From Azolla caroliniana (lineage: Eukaryota; Plantae; Polypodiophyta): DNA of 64,000 bases. Of this stretch, positions 13,887-27,131 are shown piece after piece (position 1 is the stretch's first letter; the number at the start of each line of letters is the position of its first letter). Where the stretch lies: NCBI GenBank assembly GCA_043228905.1, contig JBHGNT010000011.1, positions 15,562,001-15,626,000 of the forward strand, written 5' to 3'. The notes under the pieces are model-generated. The model ran no database searches. It had not been told where the DNA came from and saw only the letters and a list, made by a program, of their open reading frames with translations. The position numbers and the translations under genes were made by a program.

Positions 13887-14847
13887 TTTAAGTGAGCGAG
13901 CTAAATGATCAAGTAATTTCTTTGTCCACGGTAATAATGGCAAAAAATATGAAATCGTTGGAATCATTATAGCTTGTACCATTTTGAACCGAGTATTAAA
14001 TGACCATGCTTGAGACTTCCAATGCATAAATTTGTCCAAACTGGTTCCCGATATCCAATTCAAAGTTTGCGATGATGATATGTCAACACCAATATGGTAA
14101 CCTATGTGCTGACACACATTCCCTTGATGTAATATTTGGCCACCCCATCCAAGATCAACCAGATCACTCGCAATGCATCTAATGAGCATCGACTTCCGCA
14201 TATTTATATGCAATCCTGACGCCGATGTGAACACATTCCACACCTCCACAACTTTAGATATATTATAAGGTGTCTCTTTGAGAAATAAAAACGAATCACC
14301 GTCCAATGCTTGATCTATCAATTGTTTCCCTGGTGGTAGAGCTAATCCAACTATTTCCCCACATATTGCCAACTCATACATCTTCACCAAAATCGGGTGT
14401 GTAGCAATTGCAAATAATAATGGACTCAATGGGCATGCCTGTCTAAGTGATATTTTCAATGGTATCGTCTTAGTAACTCCACCATTTAGAATAATGTGTG
14501 ACACTGCGACTAATCCCACCAACAATGATATTCGAAACATCCTTTCCCCAAAACCCATATGAGACATAAGTTGAGTAATAAATGACCAACGTACATGATC
14601 ATATGCCTTCTCGATGTCTAGTTGTATCATTACAATTTGTTGTTTGGATTCCTTTGCATAATCCACTATCATTTACACATTCAAAATATTATGCAGGATG
14701 TCCCTTCCCTCAATAAACCCATATTGCATTGGATGGACCATAAACGACAACCCTAAGTTTTATTTTATTTATTTTGATGATAGGGTAAATACCCTATTTT
14801 GTTGTACACCGATTGTCTCATGGGCCAATTTTTGGCCTTAGAAGACC

Positions 14848-14905
<58 letters not shown>

Positions 14906-17900
14906 TAACACATTAAACTTAAGATGATACAAGGAATAATAACCCTTGTAATTCATCAAACTACTTACCCTATAAAATATTAGCTCTTGAGTCTTAGGTT
15001 GACTTGAGCATTTAAGAAACAAAAGAGATAGAGACAGATCGAGCCTGGAATAAAAAGTGAAGAAAAACAGAAGGCAAGTCAAAAACTAACTTTTATTCCT
15101 CTCTTACTAAATTGTTTTGTCCTAGGGCCTTAACACTTTCAATGAACATGAAGTGTGTATTCACTTGAGTTTCTAAGTGCTAAGAGTTGGTCTCCAACAA
15201 ACATACAAATATGTTTAACAAACATGTTATGTTCTGCGATTAGTTTATTAATGCATCCAAGGGGTGGTGACCCATCCATGATGTATGCATGCTACCATTT
15301 TTTAAATTATTATGAAGAAGATTATGTATATGATGGTATAACGAAGTGTGCAAGCTATATAGAAGATGAGGTATTACACTTTGGTAGTTAGTCACACAAC
15401 AAATATAAACTACTAGTGTTGCCTCACCAATTAAGTATCTAGAGTGTCTCAAGATGCCATGTAGAAGGAGATCACTTGTCCCCTTTATGTCATTGAATAA
15501 TACGTAAGGCTCCTCGATCATCATGTCTTGCCTCAAGTTCCAGATTCTTACAAGTGCCTTAAATTCAAGGATAATCTGTTTCCAATTAATTCTACCCTTA
15601 GGTTAGCATTCAAAATTGGTCCTCAAGGCTATGCATGTAACACTCTATTATTGGAATTATTCCAAAGACCCTATTAGTCAAATCACTCTAGGTTAAGGAA
15701 ATGCCAATCAACGTGCTTTTGTCATAAACACTTCCGAATGCCAGGATGATAGACACAATATGTATAGAAAAAATGGTTTGGGTGCAACAATGCATGAATT
15801 AAGGGAACATTATCAAATGCTCATGTAAGTTTCTCCCTCTATCTCTTTCATGCGCAACCAAATGTGTCCATAATCGTCATGATGGCATTGTATAGAACAA
15901 CATGAAAACAGTTATGAACCAATGGATCAGTCACATGATAGGATATCTCAAAATTCGAAGGCTTTCATTCAAATACAATTCAAATTTGGAGGTATCTATA
16001 CCTCCACCCTCAAGAAGATTCCAAGTAGGGGTTGCATTGTACTTCTTACTGACCTAAGAGAGAAATACCCAAACCCGTCTGTTCCGAAATTCATCCATGC
16101 GTGTACAAAATCTTGTGACATGAGAATGGAAAGCTAGGTACTCGTGAGGTTTGTATGCACAACAACAAGAAAAGCTCTCGATCAACATGAATCTCCCGAT
16201 TCGTCAGGAAGATGAGGTGGACACATGAATTCTTCTTTTTCCATGGGCATCGGGGAGTTTTCTTCTTCTTTTCAACATTTGATTTCTCGAGAATAGTTTA
16301 TCGAACGTAGGTGGGTAAAGTGTGTGTTATGATATGTACATATGTATATACTCTAGAGACTACATAGATAGAGATATAGAGAGAGATATGTAGCCCATAG
16401 TATTTGGTGATCTTTCTTCCTTCTTTCCTCAAAACAGGGGGATGACTGTAAATAAAAACCAACCACATACCAGACACACAGAGAGAGATGGGGCAGCACT
16501 ACTGCAGAAAGAAGAAAGACAAATAGAATTAGACCCAGAATAAGAAGAACCAGAAGAAGAAGAAGAAGCGCAGAAGACAATAAAGGATGTGTACATCTAG
16601 CATGCTTCAGGCGGAGTGGCGCCGTGTCGCCCGGGAAGTCTCTCTTTACCGGGTCGAGAAGAGATTGCCGACGCCAACCACCTCTCCTCCTACCCCTACC
16701 CCTATTCCTACTCCTAACCCTAACCCTAACCCTAACCGAGTAAATTCTTCTACATTGCCCAATCCCGAATCCCTAACCACTGGCGAGAGTCAGTAAAATC
16801 TCATTATGAAACTCAACTTCTTCAGTAATGTATACACTTTGATGCACATATATATATATATTATATCCGGATTTCTTTTTTTAGTCTCTCTCTCTCGCTC
16901 GCTCTCCCTCAATATTTAGATACAAACATGGAGGCATTCTTAATCAGTATTTGATTACATGATAACCCAAATGCTTATGTTAGTGAAATTTTTTGAATCC
17001 ATTGCTGTATTACATGGAGTGCGAAAATTGATGTCGTGGCAATGTCTTGTGATTTAGGCATCAAAGCATGCAAAATCTTTGGATGCTTCGATGTAACTGC
17101 CCTTGTAAATTGTTTGTGATACAAGCTATAGCACGACTCGAGTGCCAAATGCTAACAAGTAGAGAATCTCTATATACCACCGACTAAAGTTATGTATGTA
17201 GTCAGTAAATTAATTCTTTTAAGCTTTAGGAATTAGAGGTGGAGTGTAGGCTATTGCACTGCCACACACATTATTGGCTTAGTCTTTGATGCAAGGGTGT
17301 GTGTCTATGATGGAGCTAACAAAGATTAGGGCAAAGAGGATATGCATTGTGAGGTTAGGTTTCCATACCCTAGACAGACTGTGATTGTGATGCTTTCTTC
17401 CACCACGTGCAATAGAGTGGGTATCAATTTGTCCTTCCCCAGTTCTGTGCCAACCAAAACTAATTGAGTGAACCGAGCTTAGATCTATGTTTGAGGCTAC
17501 TACACTGCCATTTGTGGTAACCTCAAACATGATGCATATTTTAATGAAAAGAGGCTGGTTTATGGAGTAGAATATAGTTTTGTTTTGCATTTTGAGAGCA
17601 AGGTCTCTCTCCAACAAATTTTGCCTTCACTTAGGACAATGAAAGTTTAACTTCGGGAACTAGGATTTGAACTCACGGTCTACAACCAAGAGATCACATA
17701 TAACACATATAACTTCTCGTCCATAACTTCAGAATACGGATGGGCATTATCCTCTTATTTAAGCGAGAGATCAAAAACATGGATCATTTAGGTGAAAGGC
17801 CATCAAAACTCCCCAAGCCCAAGTTAAAGTTGAGGCTATCTCTTTGTACCACATAGTAGAGCCATACCCTAGTAGTAAATCCAATTTATCTTTACATCTA

Positions 17901-18635
17901 ACCCATACACATTCATCTCTCTATTGCACTTCTTTACTTGATGCCATTGCAGAATATAGGGGTTGAGCACATTGACGGTTGGTAGATCATCCTTGCTCAG
18001 AGGCTTGAGACACTCTCTCTTGCATTCCCAAGAACTATAGTTGTTTTAATGAAGATGATAGGCCCTAGTGTTTTGCATCAATTTGGTTCATCAATTTTTT
18101 TATACCATGACCAGATCAAGTTGTTATACCTGCTTGTGCCTCATGGATTGTGTCAATCTGGTTTATCCACTTTACATCCCATGGATCGTTCATTCTTTGT
18201 GTACCGTGGATGATGCCACATAATGTTGATTGACCACATTTTGCATTGATTTTAACTTTCCGTCCCATGTTGCACAAAAGATGAGCTAAGTCAAAATTCA
18301 TTACACATTGCCTATAAGCAAGCACCTTTTCTGATGACATTATGAGCAGATGATAAGTAAATGTTTTAACATCTATGTTTTATTTATACTATTCTGCATC
18401 ACTTGACTCAATCCATTACCACCAGAAAAACATATTAATGCAAAAGAGTTGTTTTTTCAGAAGAATTTGAAGTGTAAACATCCTCTTTTTTATTAACCAT
18501 AACCACAACACATTCTTATAACCAAGTAAACAGTAGCATCGACACACTGATCCACTTCACAAAGAAGTGTTAAACATCATATGACATCCATCAACACCTT
18601 AATCATCTTTTGTTGGGACTAGATTTCTTCAATTG

Positions 18636-20990
18636 TTAGGCCTGTTCAAAATGAAGAAGATTTAAACAAGAAAAGAGGTTTGTTTAGAATGAAATTGCCA
18701 AAAAAAACCATACTGAAAGAAGATTATTATATTATTATTAGTTGACATACAGTGGGAGAGAAGGTGAGAGCTACAGCAATTTCTCCTTGTGGTTGTCCTT
18801 TGGAACCCAGAACCTTGTATTTCAATGGAGGAACAGAACCTTCTGAGAAGACCTTGTGTAATGGAACCCTGTTAAGAGATTTAAAAATCATATAGCTTGA
18901 GTTGCTATCTAATCATTCAATATGCAAAGGATCATAAATGTGGATCTACCTATAAATCATTCGACAGTAAAACTATTTAACTAGCACATCATTTCCCAAT
19001 GTATTATCCAAACCGGGATCAGAAATCGTGTGTGTGTGTGCGTGTGTGTGTGTATGTCATTCATTCATCCAAACAATTATCATCCAAAATACGGCATATT
19101 TCTTTATAAACAGACTCACACAACATTTCCCAATGGATCGTCAGCTCTCAAATCGTCTTTGTCAAAGAGCTTGATAAGAATATCTGTCACCTCATTATCA
19201 ATGTTGAAAAAGAAGTGTTCATCCCAGATTGGATTCAGAGTTCCTGCAGTAGGAAGAACAAAACATGCTTGAAATATTGTACAGCATACACTATCAAGTA
19301 ATTTGAGATTTCCTTGGCATAAAATGCACATACTTCCTATAACCTTGCTTTTCTGGAGTTCTTTGTGGCAAACTATAACAGCATAGGGATCGGATTTTCC
19401 TGGGGTCACCAAAAATCAAACAAGCTTGAAATATTGCAATAAGGCAATAAGTTACTTATAAACTGTTCTTTAAATATATGCCTAAATAACTCACCAAATG
19501 TGTCGGAATCCAATAACTCATGAGCTTCCAAGAGGTGAAGATCTAGAACACCATGATGAACCTGCGAACGGGAAGCCTAGTAAATAGATTGCTATATCTC
19601 TATATATGTATAGCGTGATGGGTCTCCTCTATATGAGAACTACGGTTACAATTCAACACAATTGTAAATGGAGATTCTACATCTTTCTCTTTGTCACTAC
19701 CAAAAGCCTTTGTCATCATATGATATATGCAAATTTGTCCATGTGAATATGCCATATATTATCTCAATGCTAACCTTGGGAAAGAATTTGAGGCCAATCT
19801 CGAGCTCACCCTCGAACTTGCCATTTGGTTTCTGAACTTTGTAGGCAGATGGAGCAATTCGTCTCGCAACAAATAAGCTTTCCAAAGGGATACTGTGATC
19901 ACAAATTTGCAAATCAAAAGAGACAGATTGAATCACATTTACACATTTTATACACATTGGTATAAATTATTCAAAAAACGAACTGACATTGGAAACTTAC
20001 GAGAAAACGGACTGACATTGGAAACTTACGAGAAAACGGACTGACATTGGAAACTTGTATATTTATCAGAATAGTTTTAAGTTTTCAAAATCCGAACTTG
20101 CTAGGATACGTCTCAATAGTAATAGATTTTACACTACGGTAATTCATGAAAACTTAAGGGGCATCTTAGAAAATATCCAATAAGTTATAGTGGTATTTCA
20201 GTGTTTTTTAGGCGTATAACTTGAAACAAGGAGTTAAAGGTCGAAACAATTACCTCACGGAACCCATGGCATCATCACTGCCATGCTTCTCCTCATCATA
20301 TACAATAATATCGAGTTGAGTTGGTCCATTAGGGATTTCAAAGAGGAAGCTTTCATTCCACACAGGGTTGCTTCCTCCATCTTGCAAAAGGAAATAGGGA
20401 AACAAGGATATACACTTTCCATCATTAGCTGGGTAAGTTGCAAGCATCCAATAAAATGTATTGCTAATGACAATTACTTAAATGCATGTATGTGATATTA
20501 TGCATGCATACAATGTACATGTATGTCCGTAACTCTATGAAGGTGTAATGGTATGTATCTAGTGTATGTAATGTACATACGTAATGACTTGTATCTATAT
20601 GTAATTATATGTGCGTGTATGTAATAGTATGTATTTATCGGCAAACATGACATACTGTGGATAGTCTTGCTCCTGTGCTTCAGGCCTCCGATTGTGAGAG
20701 CAGCATAAGGATCCGACTTTCCTGCAAACAAAGACCACAAATAATTAAGTGTTACGGGAATAGCCAAGAAATCTCCAGAGAGAAAGAAAGATCAGGAAAA
20801 GATTGACAAAGAAGAAGTGGAAGATTAAAGAAGGGGAATGGGGAACAGAGAATGTCCGGTGCTGTATATGTAAAAACAAGAGGCGTAAGGAGATCAAACA
20901 GAGAGAGAAAGAGAGTAGATTACCGAAGAACTCGACATCCTTGAGGGCATGGGCCTTGATAAGCTCGACCTCCACGGTTCCCTCAGGCAT
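18636..20990 (-). CDS. Tandem double-C2-domain protein, elicitor-responsive protein (ERG)-like (~252 aa, 9 coding exons)
   Basis: Exons 20990-20924, 20721-20656, 20380-20254, 19892-19775, 19561-19495, 19399-19334, 19243-19120, 18868-18751, 18641-18636. Two C2 repeats, each with GKSDPY, NP(V/I)W.E.F.F and acidic loops (YDEEKHGSDD / FDKDDLRADD). Confidence 0.9.
19975..20056. repeat. 29-bp minisatellite, ~3 copies, in a C2-gene intron
   Basis: Unit gactgacattggaaacttacgagaaaacg read directly. Confidence 0.9.
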
Positions 20991-22899
20991 GTTGAAGTAG
21001 TATGACAGACAAAGATCGGGAAGAATCGGGAATGTGCAGAAGGAGGAACACACTGCAAGCTATTCAGAAGGTGAAGATGATGATGGCGATGGCGATGGCG
21101 ATGGCGATGGTTTGATCTGATCGGGAGATGATGATGATGATAATGGATGAAAGGGAATCAAAAGGGATTGTTTTTATATAATTGGAATGGATCGATTCCT
21201 GGACGAAGGGAAAATGAAAAGGGTGGCAGGTGTGTGTTCAAGTCGTGTAGGCGCACCTCTGTCTGTCTTGTCTGTATGTCTCTGTATTTCAGTACATATG
21301 TATGTATGTATGTATGTATGTGTATTGTCTTTTATTTCATCTCATCAATTTGGACCCCACTTTGTTGGGTGGGAGAACATTAGAATTTAGGATATGTATA
21401 TATGTACATACATAAATAGTATATATAATACATTGTGAGAGTAAGCATAAATAAGGAAGGATATATGTATATATGTACATCTTGAGAGAGACATAGAGAG
21501 AGTTTTACATATACATACATCATTCACATAGGAATGCCCTCGAGCGAATCGCGTTAGGAGGAATGTGTCCTTGCTTGTCATATGGATTTCCGTGTTCTCG
21601 ACGCATCCCATCGATGAAGGCCAATCGCACCGCTCGAAACTTTACAATGGTATAGTCTCTCACTCTCATGGAACAACAATCCACACTCTCAATTCATGAT
21701 TGGTTTTCAGTACATATCTAACCAATTGGTAGGACTTGATGGCATCCACCATCCAATGCCTTTAAATTCTTCACGTGACGTGTAGAGATGTTGATAGAGT
21801 GTCATATCACTCAAATCAACAAATTTGTACCCACCGTCGTCCATAGACAAGTAGCTCTACAAAACGCCCATTGAAAACTAAGTTACTAACCACAACATAT
21901 GCCATAATTGAAATGGTATATACAATAATGTACCAAACACATTATTTCTTTCATGGCTAGTCCTCAATTCTACTACTTCAAAGCTAACTTAAATTTTCTA
22001 TTTAATACTTGAAACTTGGAATTTGTTGATATATATTTATTTATTTATTTATTTATATATTGACATGGTGGTATATACTATAGTCTTCGTTTTGCCTCTA
22101 TTATCATAAGTTGCATCGTGTGGATGAGGGTTTTCCAATACAAATAAGATCACAACCACCTCCCTCTCACACAATTTCCTCTCACACAATTTTAAGTTTG
22201 TTGTTTGTGGTCATCAATACATTGCATGAGACGAATTTTGAAGACGTTTTTTCCTAGTTAGAAATTTTCCATTCCAATTAGATAATTGACATGTTTAAAT
22301 AAAATACACTTCCCATGAATTGGTAGGTTTCATGTCATATCCTAACGTTGCCATCCACACTTCTTTACATGATCTTTACTCATACCATAAATTATGTTTT
22401 CAACAAAGAAATATGCATATACATTATTTTTTTATTTTTTTATTTTTTTATTTATAGAATAGGAGGAAATAATAAGAGCAAAAAAAGTATCAATCGCCCA
22501 TACCTAGCATATTCTACGCGTAACGCGAGTATCAACTTTCTTATGTAGACTATAGTAGTAACTCAAGGAAATTTTCCTTTTTTGGCATATGTTCACTAAA
22601 TTCTTAACTTGTTCTTTATAAGATTTATTCAAGATTCATCAAAACATACACTTTTTCTTTTCCAAAAAAAAAACTACTTCCATTAGTTAAGTCAATGTAC
22701 ATAGGATAAAAAACTACTTCCATTAGTTAACATATATAGGTCATATCTTACAGGCCAACTTGCATGGCAAAAAAGATGTATATAGGAATCAACAAAAAAC
22801 TCCTAATCACCACATCATCCGTTGAGCATAGAATTACTCGGCCACATACCCTCAACATGAGCCTCATAGAACCCGAATTCAGCATTGACATTCTCCAAA

Positions 22900-23350
22900 A
22901 AATACACTTTTTCAAGCACATGTTAAGGTCATGGAGTGCAAACTTTCTTCTAAACTTGAAGAACTTTTCTCTATGTAAAGGTTTGGTGAAGAGATCATTA
23001 ACTTGTTCATCTATTCTCACATGGTTCAAATTTATTGGACCTTCGATGAACTTCTCACGAACAAAGTGGTACCTCCATGGAAAACAATATTTTTTGCTAA
23101 CAAAGTTGGGCTCTTATAAACATTTTAAATAATTAGTGCTCTTCGTACTTTGACTTAGAGATCCTTTGATATCATTTTCATCCATGTGTCTTCACAAATA
23201 GCTTGACTTACAACTCTATATTTTGCTTCAATGGTAGTTAACGCAATGGTTAGTCAAGACTTTGGTAGCCATAGTACAACCCTACTTCCACATGAATGGC
23301 ATATCCTCTCGTACTCATTGTCAATATATCTTCACCTTGATCTACATCAC
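22900..23350 (-). mobile_element. Ty1/Copia pol remnant (RNase H end)
   Basis: HVRIDEQVNDLFTKPLHREKFFKFR matches the Copia Q.AD..TK.L...F..LR signature. Upstream decayed IALTTIEAKY and YHFVREK motifs. Confidence 0.75.
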
Positions 23351-24398
23351 AAAAACAAAGAGAGATGTATGTGTATGTGTGAAGAAAGATCGGGAGAAGA
23401 TTGACAATGACGACGAAGAAGAAGAACATTCATAAAGGTTGTCATTGTTGCTGAAGTAAAACTAGACGTCACAATCAATTAAAAAGGTTTGGAAGCATGA
23501 GAGAGTGTAACAACAAGTGTCGTGTTTAAAACTCAAATATTAATGTATTTTGTGCTTTAAAGCGTCGTGTTTAAAGCACAAAATACATTAGGGTGAAATA
23601 AAGAGCTATGTAGAAAGCTACACTACCAACAAAGTAGGGACTACATACCAAAGGGAATGACAACTATACTCACAAACACATGAGTAAGAGAGAAGAAACC
23701 ATGATGATAAAGCCCAGGGGTCAGAGTGGGAAGATTGAAGTGAGGAGTTGAACACCGAGCTTGTTGTGTAGCGTTCTCAGATATGCTAGTCACCCTCTCT
23801 TCTTCTCGGTTTTCTATTTCTTCTCGAAAAGAGAACAACCATCTGTTTTAATTTTCACACTCAAATACCACTTATGCATAGACCTTTAAAAAATAATTAA
23901 ATGGTCATTTGTTGCTCTTTCACACACATAATAAAATATGGATGTGACCGGACACTTCAACATATTAAACAAGTGTTAAAGTGATGGATCAATCAATCAT
24001 TGCTTGGGAGGCAATTTAAGGTTCTCCATCCAACAAATATACATAAATGTAACGAATTTGAAATGTGGAATTAAGCTTCATTTAGTGCAGGGATGCGTGT
24101 GTCTACTCTACATAGATAGATTTTGTCGAGCAGATTACTATATATCCCTCAGAAAGGAAAACATTATTGGATGTTCCAACACTTTGGAGAAATCGGAATC
24201 TGTTTCAACCATATATATCTCATTTTTCGTTTCATATAAGTGAAGGCGGAGAGATTCCCCTAATGAAAGAAAAGCAGATGAGTGATACTCGAGACCGCGC
24301 CCACAATTGTTTGTCGCAAATCATAACGTTTCTAAACTAAGACAAAAGAAACAAACAAACAAAGAAGAAGGTAGTGGAAAAATGTGAAAGAACAAGAC

Positions 24399-24471
24399 TG
24401 GAGATGCGGGGTATCGATCCCCGTACCTCTCGCATGCTAAGCGAGCGCTCTACCATCTGAGCTACATCCCC
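24399..24471 (-). tRNA. tRNA-Ala (anticodon AGC)
   Basis: Reverse complement GGGGATGTAGCTCAGATGGTAGAGCGCTCGCTTAGCATGCGAGAGGTACGGGGATCGATACCCCGCATCTCCA, 73 nt, canonical plant cytosolic tRNA-Ala. A T-run Pol III terminator lies ~17 nt downstream. Confidence 0.97.
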
Positions 24472-27131
24472 ATGATATATATCTATTGATTTTCAACGTA
24501 TAATTTCTGGTTTCTGATTACCATGGAAGCAGAAATCTGCTGAAAGCGACGAGTTATCGTTTTAACTATGTATGTGGTATTCTAGGTAAAGAGATCATCA
24601 TCATGTTCATGAGATGTACGCACATAATTCGGTGGTGAATAAAACCATGGTCTTGCACCATCAAGAGCCTCCATCCTCCATTCTTCATAATCCTCGTCTG
24701 ATTTGAAAACGGTATCGATCTATCTAGCACTCAACTGCAAACATTAAAAGATAGTTGATTTCAAAGCGATTACTTTAAAAAAGAACCAATTTGAGAGCAC
24801 TGTCACAGTCTTCTTCCCATCACTAGCTTCTGCTACTTGTTTTCGCGTATCAGAGGGTTTGAGTTTGCCATAGCCAATAAAAAAGCACAGGCGAATAATC
24901 ATCTTCATCGTAGTGGATGAAGCAATGGATTCATCCACATATGTTATAAGATTTTATGCTTCAAAACTGTTCATTATATGTCTTCATAATGTGCAAAGAG
25001 ACTTTCACACATGTTCATTACATGCAAGGGGAAGAGCTATACAGCACTAACTTAGACAAGGCAAAGCATTAAGTGCATGCTAAAAGCACCATTTGAGTTC
25101 ATCATATACAAGTGTAAGTTCAAACTTTTGCTTCTCAAAAGCACATCTGAAATACCATGATTCAAGTACATATATATAAAATCTCAATATCCTTTGCTAC
25201 ATTAATGGTGTTGGTTTTAAGTCTCAACCAGGTTAACGGTTTGATGTCTTGTTCAATATTAAACTCGTGAGGCTTTGACATGTAATAAAAGTTGAATTCA
25301 AGTACATGGTGCCATTGTTGTTTATAACTTTGACATCTTTTCTAGACATATTGCGGATGCAAGCCTTGCCTTTAATCATTGTGGCTTATCATTGTGCAAA
25401 TTCTTATTATTTTGTATAATTCTCAATGTTGTCTTCCTCGCAATATTTTTGCAAATTCTTATTTTCTTGTGTTTTAAATGTCATCTTCACCTACATTTGT
25501 AGTTTATTAGCATTACTTTGCTTATATTTTCACGCCTAGTATTGACGATGTGTGTCTATTTCAACATTGTCAAGGCATTTGTCGAGGAGACCAGTATCTC
25601 CAACTGAAAGTTTATTGACATTCAAATCCATTGTTGGGGTACAAGCTTTACCACTACCCACCATGTTTTTAATTATAGTGATTCCATCACAGATGTAGTA
25701 TTCAATTCAATTAGTCAATTTCTTCTAGGAAGTTATGCACTGGTTCAAGAGATTGTTCACAACCAAGTAATACCAAAACCAACACATTTCCATGAAATAT
25801 CCTCTTCACAATTAGTTGTGATTAACTAAATGTACTTTAGCCATGTCCATATTAATTTTTACATAATATGAGGATATCAAGGAGGAATGTCTTCATCAAA
25901 GGTGTAAATTTGGTATAGTTCACAATAAGAAAGTTACATAAGGGTATCAACCACATGCATCTTACAAACTATCCATTATCCAATGCAAATAAATAGAAAT
26001 TTACTCCCCTTAATTCGTATGTGTATGCACCTATAGGGAATGTATGTTACGTCTAATTTCCAAATTAACATGTATTTGGAAATTCTATATTATTATCATT
26101 TATTCATTCAACATGCAATTTAAATTCGCTTCAAGATCGCATCTATACTCACTATTGTTGATCTAGTTACCTAGTCCAAAAAAATTGAAGTTCTACTCAT
26201 GCTCGAATCAATATCCTTAATTGAGGCATAAATCTTTTTATAAGCACTTGATTTCTTACAATATAAGAGCAGCGACACATGAGATGTTTGAGCCTTACAA
26301 ATAATATGTTGCAAATATAATATGTTATTTCTTTGATCTTCCAAATATGCTTGCATTTGAAAATGTTATAACATATCTCAACCTCTACGAACACTGTAAT
26401 CAAATGTAGCTCCTTGAATGTAGTTGAGACGATTATGAGTCCTCAATAAAAATTCTAATATTTTTTACTTGAGGCAATTGTTATGACACTAAAAGCATTT
26501 ATCATGCAAAGTCCCCATGGACCTAAGATTTCTAGCTCTCTTCCTTGTTTATGCTTCTTAAGGATCAATTGGCCCTTTCCCATTTCATTATTTCTTACAT
26601 GTTACATCAATGGCAAGATGTATAATGATGATTAGTATGATCCTTTGTTGCTTAGGTCCACTTTGGGCTTAAAAACAAAGCTCGAGAAGAGGGTGTCAAT
26701 GTTCACTAAAGTATGTATTGAATGTGGAACTCACCAATTTGGAAACCATTGCGTACAAGAGGAACAAAATCAATCTCCCCAATGAGTCTACTAAATTCTT
26801 CTTAACTTGTGGTATTTTCTCATAATCCTTTTATTTACTGCATGAAAAGAAAAATGACAGACAAGAGCCTGGCAATGCATAGATCAGGAGTTCTCCCCAT
26901 CTTAGAGCCCTTTATCTTTTGTTATCACCCTTGACAAATCATAAACATTTAGTGCTGAATGGTGTAGATGCTGCAAGAAACTACAACAATTGTGACGTCC
27001 AACCATGTGTGGAAAAAAACAAAACAAAAGTTTTCATTAATATAAACACTCATATATAAACACTTGGCATAAGAAATAAACAAAAAGTATACATTTAATA
27101 AAGGCTTAGCTTGTTTTGTAAGACAGAAACA

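Larger units (their letters stand above)
12690..14750 (-). mobile_element. Degenerate LINE (non-LTR) reverse-transcriptase region, interrupted by a solo LTR
   Basis: ORF 13710..14672 carries QLDIEKAYDHVRW, LRQACPLSPLLF, a decayed (F)ADD-position motif and GGAALLNL. LINE-like coding text resumes left of the LTR at ~12850..12690. Confidence 0.85.

Noticed and set aside
15155-15700. RT-like peptides (HPRGGDPS, YIED, PIKYL) on the plus strand
   Set aside because: Similarity to RT motifs is too loose and there is no continuous frame.
17655-17695. B-box-like GAGTTCAAATCC on the minus strand (SINE/tRNA relic)
   Set aside because: No A box, cloverleaf or TSD visible.
19975-20056. 29-bp repeats as a CRISPR array
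   Set aside because: Head-to-tail units without spacers, in a eukaryotic intron, with no cas genes.
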